A stretch of 51,821 nucleotides of DNA from Shigella phage pSf-1. The position numbers and the translations under genes are program-made. Numbering within the stretch: position 1 is the first letter of the stretch; each line of letters begins with the position of its first letter. Shown here one piece after another: positions 10,114-18,261 of the stretch. The notes under the pieces were generated by a model. It did no database searches. It had not been told where the DNA came from and saw nothing but the letters and a program-made list of their open reading frames with translations. The DNA lies in the sequence record KC710998; one strand, written 5' to 3'.

Positions 10114-10615
10114 GATTGCAGTGATATTTTAGTTCGTTTTCTTTTGATCTTCTTGCGCAAGCCGCATCAAATATAGTTTTAAAATATCCAATACAAAATG
10201 TTTTTCCTAAAACTCCTATTTGTGCATAATACAGTCCATCTTTAGTTATTGTAACCCCAGTTAATCCAGTTTTGTTTCTTTTGTTTTTTGATAAGTTTTT
10301 TTGATTATCTTTCTTTCTAACAAGTCTTAGATTTTCTATCCTGTTGTCGTCGCGAATGTGGTTAATGTGATCAATCTCATATCCTTCTAGTATAGCGCCG
10401 TTATGCATTTCCCATATTATCCGATGCGCCAAAAATCTCCTTTTATTTATGTTTAATAATATATAACCAGATTCTAAATCCTTACATCCTGCAATCTTAC
10501 CAGAATATTGAGTGTTACATTTGCTCATTATTCTTTCGCATGAGAAGTGGCTTAATGGCCTGGTGCGCCATATAAGCGCACCATTTGAATATGTAAAATA
10601 ATCATGCCAATTCAT
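10103..10615 (-). CDS. HNH homing endonuclease with AP2-like DNA-binding domain
   Basis: HNH motif EIDHINHIRDDNRIENLRLV...N; AP2-like segment GVTITKDGLYYAQIGVLGKTFCIGYF; GGGGTAA RBS. Confidence 0.65.
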   Translation of the reverse strand: MNWHDYFTYSNGALIWRTRPLSHFSCERIMSKCNTQYSGKIAGCKDLESGYILLNINKRRFLAHRIIWEMHNGAILEGYEIDHINHIRDDNRIENLRLVRKKDNQKNLSKNKRNKTGLTGVTITKDGLYYAQIGVLGKTFCIGYFKTIFDAACARRSKENELKYHCNHGR

Positions 10616-10619
10616 AAAA

Positions 10620-12203
10620 TTACCCCAGCAATGTTGGATTTACGAAAACAACGCCATTAATCACGCAAATATAGTTTCTTTCCTCAAGCATCGGAAGCAG
10701 TTGCGTTTCCATTCGCTTCATTACTCCAGCCTGACCAACAAACGGCTTAACTTTTCGTGCTGCCTCATATATAGCGCGAACATTCAATATCCCCTTATTA
10801 GCCTTGCCGTGTCGAGTAATGATCTCGATTAGTTTACCCATTTCAGCATCATCACCAGCGTAGCCAGAAGCGTTGGCGGCGCTAATGTATGTTTTGCTCA
10901 ACTCGCTAAACATCAGTAGTGCTTCCTGAACGGTTTCAACCTCAATCTCTTTCGACTTTTGAGGGTATCCGCCAGGGTTAAACCAATTGCGGATAGTGTG
11001 CAAAACCGAAGCAATCCTGATCACCTGCTTATCCATTTTTCCAAGCGCACCGCGCAGCATTGTATGCGAATACTTTCCGCCATCGGCAAGGTGCGGTTCC
11101 ATTTCCTGACGAGCCATGTTAAGAACTCGCATTGCTGATTTGCTGATCTTAAGCTGGATGTTTGATTCACTCATGATGTTATGGATCAGCTTAAAATATT
11201 GACTTTTCAGTTCTCCATCAACAGGCTCATAAGTCGAATCACCGTTATCATCAACAAACTTTCGACGACCTAAAAATGATTCCTCACGCACAAGCAAATA
11301 ACGCTCACTTACACCGATACCGCGCGATCCTGCATCCATGATGGCATTGATTGTTTCATCCTGGGCAATTACCGCCATACAGCCAAGAGCTTTAAAACTC
11401 ATATTGTTGTCAGCGTTTGCACGAGCTATAGAAACATGACCGTGATCCCATGCTTTTAATACAAGTTCGCTGTTGGTTTTACGTTCACTATTGGCATATG
11501 TCAGACCTAAAAGGCTGTTAATACTCGTTGCCTCGTCTGAAATTACAGCAAAGTTACCCTGGCGATTATTGATTCTTGCAAGTCCTTCCGGCGTGGTGTC
11601 GGACACAGGGAAAACTATGTCACACATCTTTTCCAGTTTTTCTTCCAGATCTTCTTTCTCCTGGTACAGAGATTCCATATCAGCGCCGGAGCGCTCGCTT
11701 TTCATCTCTTTTGCAAGACCTGCCAACTTTGCCTGAATCTTTTTTCTTTCCTTCTTTCGCTGATCGTTAATTCTTTCCACTTCTGCAACCATTGGAGCAA
11801 GTGCCAAGCTGTTAACGGCAGATTTACCAGTTGATGGAGGCTGGCTTGTAACAACGTACAGAGCGGTTGGTTGATCCGTTCCGTGATACTCAACAGTGAA
11901 GCGTCCAAGCATTGCAGCAGACACGCATCCGATAAAATGCATATATGCCGATGATTCAGGGAACTGAACTGATCGAGCAATGTTGCGCGCCAACTTGCCA
12001 ACAATATCAACATCATTGCCAAGAGAAATTACAGGGTAGCGATCGTTTCCGTTATTAACATCATTAACCTCACCCCAAAAGCTGGACGATTGACGGTATC
12101 CGTTTGCCTGAATGGACACGCGCACCGGAGACAATCCTTGTGCATCAGCTAATTCGATAATTTGTTTTGGTGTTAGTTTGTTGGTTTCAAACGAAAAATT
12201 CAT
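10620..12203 (-). CDS. DUF3987-like P-loop ATPase (putative replicative primase-helicase-associated protein)
   Basis: Walker A-like PPSTGKS, Walker B-like AVISDEAT; start at MNFSFETNK (ATG 12203, AAAGGAG RBS) downstream of promoter cassette. Confidence 0.5.
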   Translation of the reverse strand: MNFSFETNKLTPKQIIELADAQGLSPVRVSIQANGYRQSSSFWGEVNDVNNGNDRYPVISLGNDVDIVGKLARNIARSVQFPESSAYMHFIGCVSAAMLGRFTVEYHGTDQPTALYVVTSQPPSTGKSAVNSLALAPMVAEVERINDQRKKERKKIQAKLAGLAKEMKSERSGADMESLYQEKEDLEEKLEKMCDIVFPVSDTTPEGLARINNRQGNFAVISDEATSINSLLGLTYANSERKTNSELVLKAWDHGHVSIARANADNNMSFKALGCMAVIAQDETINAIMDAGSRGIGVSERYLLVREESFLGRRKFVDDNGDSTYEPVDGELKSQYFKLIHNIMSESNIQLKISKSAMRVLNMARQEMEPHLADGGKYSHTMLRGALGKMDKQVIRIASVLHTIRNWFNPGGYPQKSKEIEVETVQEALLMFSELSKTYISAANASGYAGDDAEMGKLIEIITRHGKANKGILNVRAIYEAARKVKPFVGQAGVMKRMETQLLPMLEERNYICVINGVVFVNPTLLG

Positions 12204-12230
12204 TGGTGATAACTCCTTTTTGATGCGGCA

Positions 12231-12274
12231 ATAATACCGCACCAATGCTACCCGCATTTAACAAAAAATGCTAT
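12231..12274 (-). promoter_or_regulatory. conserved promoter cassette (minus strand, variant ATAGCATTTTTTGTTAAATG)
   Basis: motif + 19 nt spacer + TATTAT upstream of DUF3987 gene. Confidence 0.5.
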
Positions 12275-12487
12275 TTGATCCGCTCTATGCTAACTAAGAT
12301 TTTTTCTGGTTCCTTTGCACTATGGCAATGCGCGGTTACAGAATCAACAAAATCAAAGTAAAGTGATTTGTGATATGAGAATCCAATCAGCCACCCAACC
12401 ATCGTTTTCTTTATTGGCCTGACTATATCGCATGATTGAAGGTTTTTGTTGCTGAATGAGTCACCTTATAGCGATATTCAGCCTTGA

Positions 12488-12874
12488 TCACTTATACATA
12501 GCCTCAAACAAATGACAGCCACCAGCGGAAAATCCAACTTCTTCGCGGTACAGCGTCCAGCGGTCGCCAGCTTCATCAAACACATAACCAGCAACAGCGC
12601 CAAGTGCTCGGCCTTGCTCAATCTGGTAGCGCTTTCCTTCTTTGAAATGCTTTTTACAAGGGATCTTGTGATCTACAAAGGTGCATTTAATTGTTTTTGT
12701 CTTGATATGACGATAGTCAGACTCAACAGCGTTTTGCCACTTGCTACCCTTTGTAATGCTCTTTACCTGGAATTGTTCCAACTCGATCACATCATCGCTA
12801 CCAGCGATTTTTTCGTATACAACTTTATAACGACCGTTCATCAAAACGTTGGTTTTATTGCAGATAACTTTCAT
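12488..12874 (-). CDS. hypothetical protein
   Basis: ORF track; AAGGAG RBS; downstream of promoter cassette. Confidence 0.45.
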   Translation of the reverse strand: MKVICNKTNVLMNGRYKVVYEKIAGSDDVIELEQFQVKSITKGSKWQNAVESDYRHIKTKTIKCTFVDHKIPCKKHFKEGKRYQIEQGRALGAVAGYVFDEAGDRWTLYREEVGFSAGGCHLFEAMYK

Positions 12875-12904
12875 CGTTTATTTCTCCTTTCGTTTCGGTG
12901 AAGT

Positions 12905-12949
12905 GATTATGCCAGGTTTTGCACCTGGCGTTTTAACAAAAAGTGCTAT
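12905..12949 (-). promoter_or_regulatory. conserved promoter cassette (minus strand)
   Basis: 44-nt core identical to the plus-strand cassette at 17701..17744 (includes hairpin GCCAGGTGCAAAACCTGGC). Confidence 0.55.
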
Positions 12950-13655
12950 TTTGCGTTTGCTTCAAAGACGGCGCGAGCAAAACCGCGCGGTGTGAGGGAG
13001 CGGATCATCTTTGTGCGAGATGATTTTCCGCCAGTTTTGGCCCAACCAGGATTATCCTTGTCATCCTCTTTAGGAAGGATTGTTGCGCGCGGAGGAATAA
13101 CAAATCCGTTTCCAGTCCAAAGGCATGTTTTCTTAAAGTACCGATCCCGCGCCGGAATAATATCAGGGAAGTCGGGATGCTTATCATCTTCCGGCAGATA
13201 GCAGCATAATCGCACGGATGGAACGTATAATCAGGCTTACGCCATAACGTTGACAGCTTGCCTACAGGATTTTCGATCATGTAAGGAACGCCGAAATAAT
13301 CAGCGATATGCGCCGCGATTCTGCAAGTGTCGGCGGCCTCATCCTGGAACGCTGGATTCTCAAGGCGTTTTTTGGTCCAATGGCGAGATCCGCTATTTGC
13401 AAGGTCAGTGCACGGCGGAAATGCCATAATGAAATCAGGCTTGCCCCAATTTTCAAGTTTTGCGGTATATTTGAATAGCTCATCAATCCACACATTAACG
13501 TAAAAAATATTATCATGGATTATGCGCACTGATTGGTAGTCGCCATGATCTGCATCATCGTAATTAAAGCAAATGCATTTATATCCAGCATCAGCCCAAT
13601 CTTTAACGGCTTTACCAGATCCATCAAACAAAGAGAATATTAAACCTTTATACAT
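12946..13655 (-). CDS. C5-cytosine DNA methyltransferase-like protein, apparently frameshifted
   Basis: motif I LFDGSG, motif IV FPPCTDLANSG (PC dipeptide), motif VI ENPVG; coding continues in another frame (track ORFs 13005..13655 and 12946..13215). Confidence 0.45.
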
Positions 13656-13888
13656 TTCATCACCTCAAAACGGAAAGCATCTGGGCAGTTCGGATCAAAA
13701 TTGCAACCACAATCATTAACAATCATAGTTGGATCTGCAAATGCAGCGCCGCATTCATGGTCCATATCCATTTCACCCAACGCATCATCAAGCGTCCTGA
13801 TTTTATATGCGACTTCAAGCGCGGCCTCTTTATTCAGTCCGGCATCTTCTGCTTTTTGCAGTCGCTCAAAAAAACCGTCTTGACTCAT
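13640..13888 (-). CDS. hypothetical Cys-rich protein
   Basis: ORF track; Cys-containing CGCNFDPNCPD segment; overlaps start of methyltransferase-like gene. Confidence 0.4.
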   Translation of the reverse strand: MSQDGFFERLQKAEDAGLNKEAALEVAYKIRTLDDALGEMDMDHECGAAFADPTMIVNDCGCNFDPNCPDAFRFEVMKCIKV

Positions 13889-13998
13889 TTAATAAACTCC
13901 TTAACAACAGCAAGAATAATCACAAGCCCAGCAGTAAAAACAAGCAAACCGACAAGGCCAATCATAACACTAAATAAAACATCAAGCGTCTTAATCAT
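13885..13998 (-). CDS. small hydrophobic peptide (about 37 aa)
   Basis: ATG..TGA minus-strand ORF MIKTLDVLFSVMIGLVGLLVFTAGLVIILAVVKEFIK, single predicted TM helix; stop overlaps next start (ATGA). Confidence 0.3.
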   Translation of the reverse strand: MIKTLDVLFSVMIGLVGLLVFTAGLVIILAVVKEFIK

Positions 13999-14010
13999 TT
14001 ATTCACCATT

Positions 14011-14036
14011 GATAAAATGGGAGGCGGAAACCTCCC
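14011..14036 (-). terminator. putative terminator (minus strand)
   Basis: perfect GGGAGG/CCTCCC hairpin followed on minus strand by ATTTTATC. Confidence 0.4.
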
Positions 14037-14045
14037 ATTGGTTAA

Positions 14046-14273
14046 TCATACAGCCTTCCAGCTTTCAATAAACATGCTGTTTTCTTCCAGCAGTTTAATC
14101 AATTCTTCGCGCGTGTATTTGCGGATTTTACTACCTGGATGTGAGCCAACAACAAACACACCTTTACCACTCGTGATTGTTAACTGGTTGATTCCGCAAG
14201 ATTTATCCATCTTAATTGCGACGCGGTGATGTGCATCAACAGTGTTCATGATGTTAGTAACTTTAGCTTTCAT
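14046..14273 (-). CDS. hypothetical protein
   Basis: start at MKAKVTNIM with GAGGAT RBS; track ORF 14046..14336. Confidence 0.45.
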   Translation of the reverse strand: MKAKVTNIMNTVDAHHRVAIKMDKSCGINQLTITSGKGVFVVGSHPGSKIRKYTREELIKLLEENSMFIESWKAV

Positions 14274-14303
14274 TATGCAATCCTCATTATATTTGGTGTG
14301 ATA

Positions 14304-14346
14304 ACTATACCAGGTTTGAGAAATATTGTTTAGCAATTCGTGCTAT
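14304..14346 (-). promoter_or_regulatory. conserved promoter cassette (minus strand, variant ATAGCACGAATTGCTAAAC + TATAGT)
   Basis: same variant upstream half as cassettes at 19381 and 21896. Confidence 0.5.
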
Positions 14347-14447
14347 CAGTTGAAATAGCTATGGCGCTTTGCTCGCTTGCCTTCTCCGCCATAATGATCA
14401 TTTGCAACAGCTACCATCCAGGAATTATGGAATATTATTAGCTTCAT

Positions 14448-14729
14448 CTAATTAATGCCAACAACGTTAAAACTTACAGCTTTTGTTGCGCTAAATACAT
14501 ACGCTTCAACAGCATCACCAAATACACGAATTTTTCCATAGCCGTACTGCGCATTCATATTGCGCCAAACCGTCCTGTTAGAACAGAACGCGTTACCAGT
14601 CTTGATAAGATTATCCATCTCTTTTCTTAGGTCATGATAATCAAGCCAGAATCTATAGGCGCGTTGTTTAATGAGTTTCGCCTTGATTGCTTCGGCTGAG
14701 TTTTTAAAATCGCTGTTTTTGTATGCCAT
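14448..14729 (-). CDS. hypothetical protein
   Basis: ORF track; start overlaps stop of upstream gene (translational coupling). Confidence 0.45.
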   Translation of the reverse strand: MAYKNSDFKNSAEAIKAKLIKQRAYRFWLDYHDLRKEMDNLIKTGNAFCSNRTVWRNMNAQYGYGKIRVFGDAVEAYVFSATKAVSFNVVGIN

Positions 14730-14923
14730 TACACAACCTCCATAATAGTATTGAATCCACGCAGTTTGAAAGAGTTTCCATGTTTAACAACGTTCCATGT
14801 CAGGCCGGAGTGATACGCAACCATATCCTCAAGATCAATTGTGATGATAGCGCCTTTCTTAAAGATTCCTTTCTCGTGAGTGGTGTCACGCTGTACAACT
14901 TTAACATCAACTTGATTTTCCAT
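14729..14923 (-). CDS. hypothetical protein
   Basis: ORF track; GGA RBS in conserved leader. Confidence 0.45.
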   Translation of the reverse strand: MENQVDVKVVQRDTTHEKGIFKKGAIITIDLEDMVAYHSGLTWNVVKHGNSFKLRGFNTIMEVV

Positions 14924-14954
14924 TTTTAAATCCTCGTTCGTTGTCGATGCGCTT

Positions 14955-14998
14955 AATATACCAATCAGAGGCGCATCGGTTTTAACAAAAAGTGCTAT
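14955..14998 (-). promoter_or_regulatory. conserved promoter cassette (minus strand)
   Basis: motif + spacer, TATATT enclosed by 8-bp inverted repeat CGATGCGC/GCGCATCG. Confidence 0.55.
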
Positions 14999-15285
14999 TC
15001 AACAACAGATCCAGTTAAAGAGATAAGTGCTCTTGTGATCTTGTGTCTGCGATACTGACGCGCAACAACCGGAAGATTTTCACCGCTTTGATGACCGAAG
15101 CAGATCGGCAACTCACCCTCAAGAGAGCGGAAGCCGCCAAATTCAAGATCCCGCACTGGATTTGAGCGCCACGCTTCAATAAATCCGCGTTCGTCACGCG
15201 TGATATAGCGGTATATGTTAGGGAGGGGCAATTGTATCCCCTCAAAATCCACGGTATCGGTATAGCTGTAAAACTTAGAACTCAT
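14995..15285 (-). CDS. hypothetical protein
   Basis: start at MSSKFYSY overlapping stop of upstream small gene; track ORF 14995..15402. Confidence 0.4.
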   Translation of the reverse strand: MSSKFYSYTDTVDFEGIQLPLPNIYRYITRDERGFIEAWRSNPVRDLEFGGFRSLEGELPICFGHQSGENLPVVARQYRRHKITRALISLTGSVVE

Positions 15286-15427
15286 AATCAACAACTCCAA
15301 ACTCGTTGACGATTTGCGCCTTATAGAAGCCGCCATTTTTCGCAAGGTTGTAGCATGCCGCCACAGTTTCAAATTCGCGCACTTCCGGCTGGCTGTTTTC
15401 ATGTTCCCAGGTAATCAGAGTAACCAT
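15275..15427 (-). CDS. hypothetical small protein (50 aa)
   Basis: ATG after conserved leader CATCGACAACGAAAGCGAGGA; MVTLITWEHENSQPEVREFETVAACYNLAKNGGFYKAQIVNEFGVVDYEF. Confidence 0.4.
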   Translation of the reverse strand: MVTLITWEHENSQPEVREFETVAACYNLAKNGGFYKAQIVNEFGVVDYEF

Positions 15428-15460
15428 TTTCAAATCCTCGCTTTCGTTGTCGATGTGTGT

Positions 15461-15504
15461 AATGTACAGGAATACGAGGATTGAGTTTTAACAAAAAGTG
15501 CTAT
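15461..15504 (-). promoter_or_regulatory. conserved promoter cassette (minus strand)
   Basis: motif + 18 nt + TACATT + CATCGACAACGA leader. Confidence 0.55.
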
Positions 15505-15771
15505 TTAGTCCAGGAGTTCGATTTCGCGCTCGCCAGTTAACGGATCTTTGATCCAGAATCCGAGCGCCTCACCGTAAATACCGCCATAGAATCCAAGCGC
15601 CGACAGATCCTCACCTTTAACAAATACCAGATCCCCGCTACGGCTTACGTGAGATACGTTAACGATAACCGGAAAGGTGCGATCCTTAAATGCAGGCCGC
15701 ATGGCGTAACACCCGTTATTGAGCAAACGTGCTTTGCGCTTAACTGGAATAGGTGCATTGATTCGCGCCAT
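15505..15771 (-). CDS. hypothetical protein
   Basis: track ORF 15505..15810, start moved to MARINAPIP. Confidence 0.4.
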   Translation of the reverse strand: MARINAPIPVKRKARLLNNGCYAMRPAFKDRTFPVIVNVSHVSRSGDLVFVKGEDLSALGFYGGIYGEALGFWIKDPLTGEREIELLD

Positions 15772-15784
15772 CTTTATTTCTCCT

Positions 15785-16030
15785 TCATTGTTGATCGTGT
15801 TTAACGGCAATCAGAACACCACAGGACTCGTTAATGAATTTTGCCATTCGCTTATCATCACCAGCAGGGATTAGCGCATTACACTCGCGTTTGCTACTGA
15901 ATACCGTCACTTTATGGAATGATGCGAACGGCATCGACGGGAACTCTACTGTTTGCGTCAAGATCCGCAATCCCATCTTTTTGGCCCTTACCTGGGCCTC
16001 AGCGAGTTCAAAATCCACTTCATTAATCAT
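15785..16030 (-). CDS. hypothetical protein
   Basis: ORF track. Confidence 0.4.
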   Translation of the reverse strand: MINEVDFELAEAQVRAKKMGLRILTQTVEFPSMPFASFHKVTVFSSKRECNALIPAGDDKRMAKFINESCGVLIAVKHDQQ

Positions 16031-16299
16031 TTCTTGATCTCCTCGGCAATAAACTTCAGGACTTTGCGCAAAAACACTTCATTATTGATGGTCGCTGGCA
16101 ATTCCTCTTTCACTTCTTGCGGCAGGTAAACGTTGCCATGCCAGGTTAAGCAATCGTAGTTGATACGATAAGAGCAAAGCCACTCGCAATCGTTATCCGC
16201 TTCCCAAATGCAGAGTTGCAGAACATCGCCAAAATTCTCAACAGTCAGGTCCAGACCGTGACGCTTTGCAAAGTTGAAAGTGGTTTTGCTGATGTTCAT
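16027..16299 (-). CDS. hypothetical protein
   Basis: start MNISKTTF after conserved leader; track ORF 16027..16371. Confidence 0.45.
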   Translation of the reverse strand: MNISKTTFNFAKRHGLDLTVENFGDVLQLCIWEADNDCEWLCSYRINYDCLTWHGNVYLPQEVKEELPATINNEVFLRKVLKFIAEEIKK

Positions 16300-16337
16300 T
16301 TGCTTTCTCCTGATGGGTATCTCGTTTCGATGCGTGT

Positions 16338-16381
16338 AATGTACCCGATCAGGATGATTCAGTTTTAACAAAAAGTGCTAT
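16338..16381 (-). promoter_or_regulatory. conserved promoter cassette (minus strand)
   Basis: motif + 18 nt + TACATT + CATCGAAACGAG leader. Confidence 0.55.
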
Positions 16382-16974
16382 TTCTCAACTGGCGATTATT
16401 CCAACTATTCCATTAATCAGGAATAACAAGAATAACTCATTCGCGATCACCTGGATTGTGAGACTTTGAGTTTGGTCAATTTTAATCAAGTGATTAACTT
16501 TTTGTGTGGAGGGGATAGAGAAACGCGGCCCTCTTGCGTCCTTTCCGGCAATCCTGGCGCGCGCAATTGTTATCTTCTGTTATCGCTGTTATGCGTGTTA
16601 TTCCGGCGTGGAATCGCATAACAAAAAATAACAAGAAAAATCCATATAACATACTAAAAAATAAGGATTATTTATTTATATGTATCTATAAATTATTATC
16701 TGTTATGTGTGTTATGTGGGCGTATTGATACCAGATGTATTTTGGTGATTGTATGTGGTTGTGTGTTGGCTTGTATGTATATATGGGGTGGGGCGTATCC
16801 GCGCATTTTTAGATAACACGCAAAAACAACATTGATTTATAAGGAAAAGAACATGAATTTTGTTTCGTTCTTGAAACACAACATTGAAAAACTGCCAATA
16901 ACAATTAAAAACAGTTGACACGCCAGGAATGGTAAATGATAATGCAGCCACTGAATCACGAGGGGGGATAAAGC
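16382..16974. repeat. noncoding AT-rich island with TGTTAT/ATAACA iterons and TG-rich repeats (candidate origin or regulatory hub)
   Basis: four direct TGTTAT copies at 9-10 bp phasing (16568-16601), three ATAACA copies (16618-16651), TGTTATG x2 (16701-16715), GTGATTGT/TGTATGT repeats; no ORF of 60 aa or more. Confidence 0.6.
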
Positions 16975-17292
16975 ATGAGTGAGTCTGTGTTTACAAATGA
17001 GCTTCGCAAGGTTGCAATTGCTCTAGCCACTGGAGTACATGAATCTATCCAGATACCTGAAAGATGGGTAAGGCAGCACCTGGAGGGCAAGAAGTCAGCC
17101 AGCAACGCCGGATCATATCTGCGTCAGATTATGGGGCGCGTTCCAGAAGTGGCGGAGAAGGGGCGAGTTTCAGTATCAAAGAAACCTTACGGCCCTGATA
17201 GCGAATACTTCGGCGAAAATTACTTTGATGTGTCGATTGTTAATGCGCCGAATCGCAGGGTTTACAACAAGGCCGCGCTTGAGAAGCTGTAG
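16975..17292 (+). CDS. hypothetical protein (first gene of plus-strand early cluster)
   Basis: ATG with GAGGGGGGA RBS; a second frame stays open past the stop (possible indel). Confidence 0.45.
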   Translation: MSESVFTNELRKVAIALATGVHESIQIPERWVRQHLEGKKSASNAGSYLRQIMGRVPEVAEKGRVSVSKKPYGPDSEYFGENYFDVSIVNAPNRRVYNKAALEKL

Positions 17293-17445
17293 CGAAAGCA
17301 AAGCGCCAGGTTGCTGAGTCAATGCTTAAAGTCTCACCAAGCCTAGCGAACTACTCGCCAGATGAATATGAAACACTTGCTAAGGCGATCGCAGATTTTC
17401 ACGCGATCATTAAAGAAACATACCTTAACGATGAGGAACAATAAA

Positions 17446-17694
17446 ATGAGCAAACTTACGCTTGATGAACTGATGGAAAAAATTGATGAAGTGGGCTTTA
17501 ACAAGCTGGTTGATTTCCACTTGACCGCATGTGAAATCACCGCGCAGGAGTTTAGCGACATGCTATCTGATGCGAGCGAGATTTACACAAGCCTATGCGA
17601 AAGAGAAATCAAAGTCATTGAAATTGAGATGCCTGGAGATCCGGTATTCGCAAGGCTTGTGGCTGCATTCGATGAGGAGAATGTTGGACTCTGA
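17446..17694 (+). CDS. hypothetical protein
   Basis: ATG 17446 with GAGGAA RBS; track ORF 17362..17694. Confidence 0.45.
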   Translation: MSKLTLDELMEKIDEVGFNKLVDFHLTACEITAQEFSDMLSDASEIYTSLCEREIKVIEIEMPGDPVFARLVAAFDEENVGL

Positions 17695-17700
17695 CCGGAA

Positions 17701-17745
17701 ATAGCACTTTTTGTTAAAACGCCAGGTGCAAAACCTGGCATAATA
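17701..17745 (+). promoter_or_regulatory. conserved promoter cassette
   Basis: ATAGCACTTTTTGTTAAAAC + GCCAGGTGCAAAACCTGGC hairpin + ATAATA + CATCGAAACGAG leader. Confidence 0.55.
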
Positions 17746-17776
17746 ACCTCATCGAAACGAGATTGAGGAAAACAAA

Positions 17777-17962
17777 ATGGCACGTCGCATCACCAAAGAC
17801 CTTAAAGTCCTGAACAAAGAAAACGTAGTTAAAATCCTGGTTATCTGGGGATACAACGAAGAAACAGCAAAGCAGAAGGTAGAGGCAGGTTATGACATGG
17901 CTGTAAAAGCAATGCCAAACGACGACGCCAAAGGTATTGCAAACTATGTAGCTTTCTTTTAA
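17777..17962 (+). CDS. hypothetical protein
   Basis: ORF track; GAGGAA RBS. Confidence 0.45.
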   Translation: MARRITKDLKVLNKENVVKILVIWGYNEETAKQKVEAGYDMAVKAMPNDDAKGIANYVAFF

Positions 17963-17977
17963 TTAGCAGGTGAGTAA

Positions 17978-18163
17978 ATGAAAACGAAATTAGTCCATAA
18001 ATCAGAAATCAAGATCGGCGATACTGTGATTCACAACGGTGAGCTTAGAACGGTTGGCAAAGAGTCAATAAGCCACGATGAATTTATGGGGATCTTGTTG
18101 TTCGGTGACTCTTATCGTCTTGGTTACAAGATGGTTGAGCTTGTGGAAGAGGTAAAATTCTAA
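17978..18163 (+). CDS. hypothetical protein
   Basis: ORF track; AGGTGAG RBS. Confidence 0.45.
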   Translation: MKTKLVHKSEIKIGDTVIHNGELRTVGKESISHDEFMGILLFGDSYRLGYKMVELVEEVKF

Positions 18164-18208
18164 ATAGCACTTTTTGTTAAAACTCGAAAACGATAACCAG
18201 GCATAATA
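18164..18208 (+). promoter_or_regulatory. conserved promoter cassette
   Basis: motif + 19 nt + ATAATA. Confidence 0.55.
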
Positions 18209-18261
18209 AATCACATAGGGCGGCACGGCGTCGCCCAAAAAACCAATCAGGAGAAAGCACC

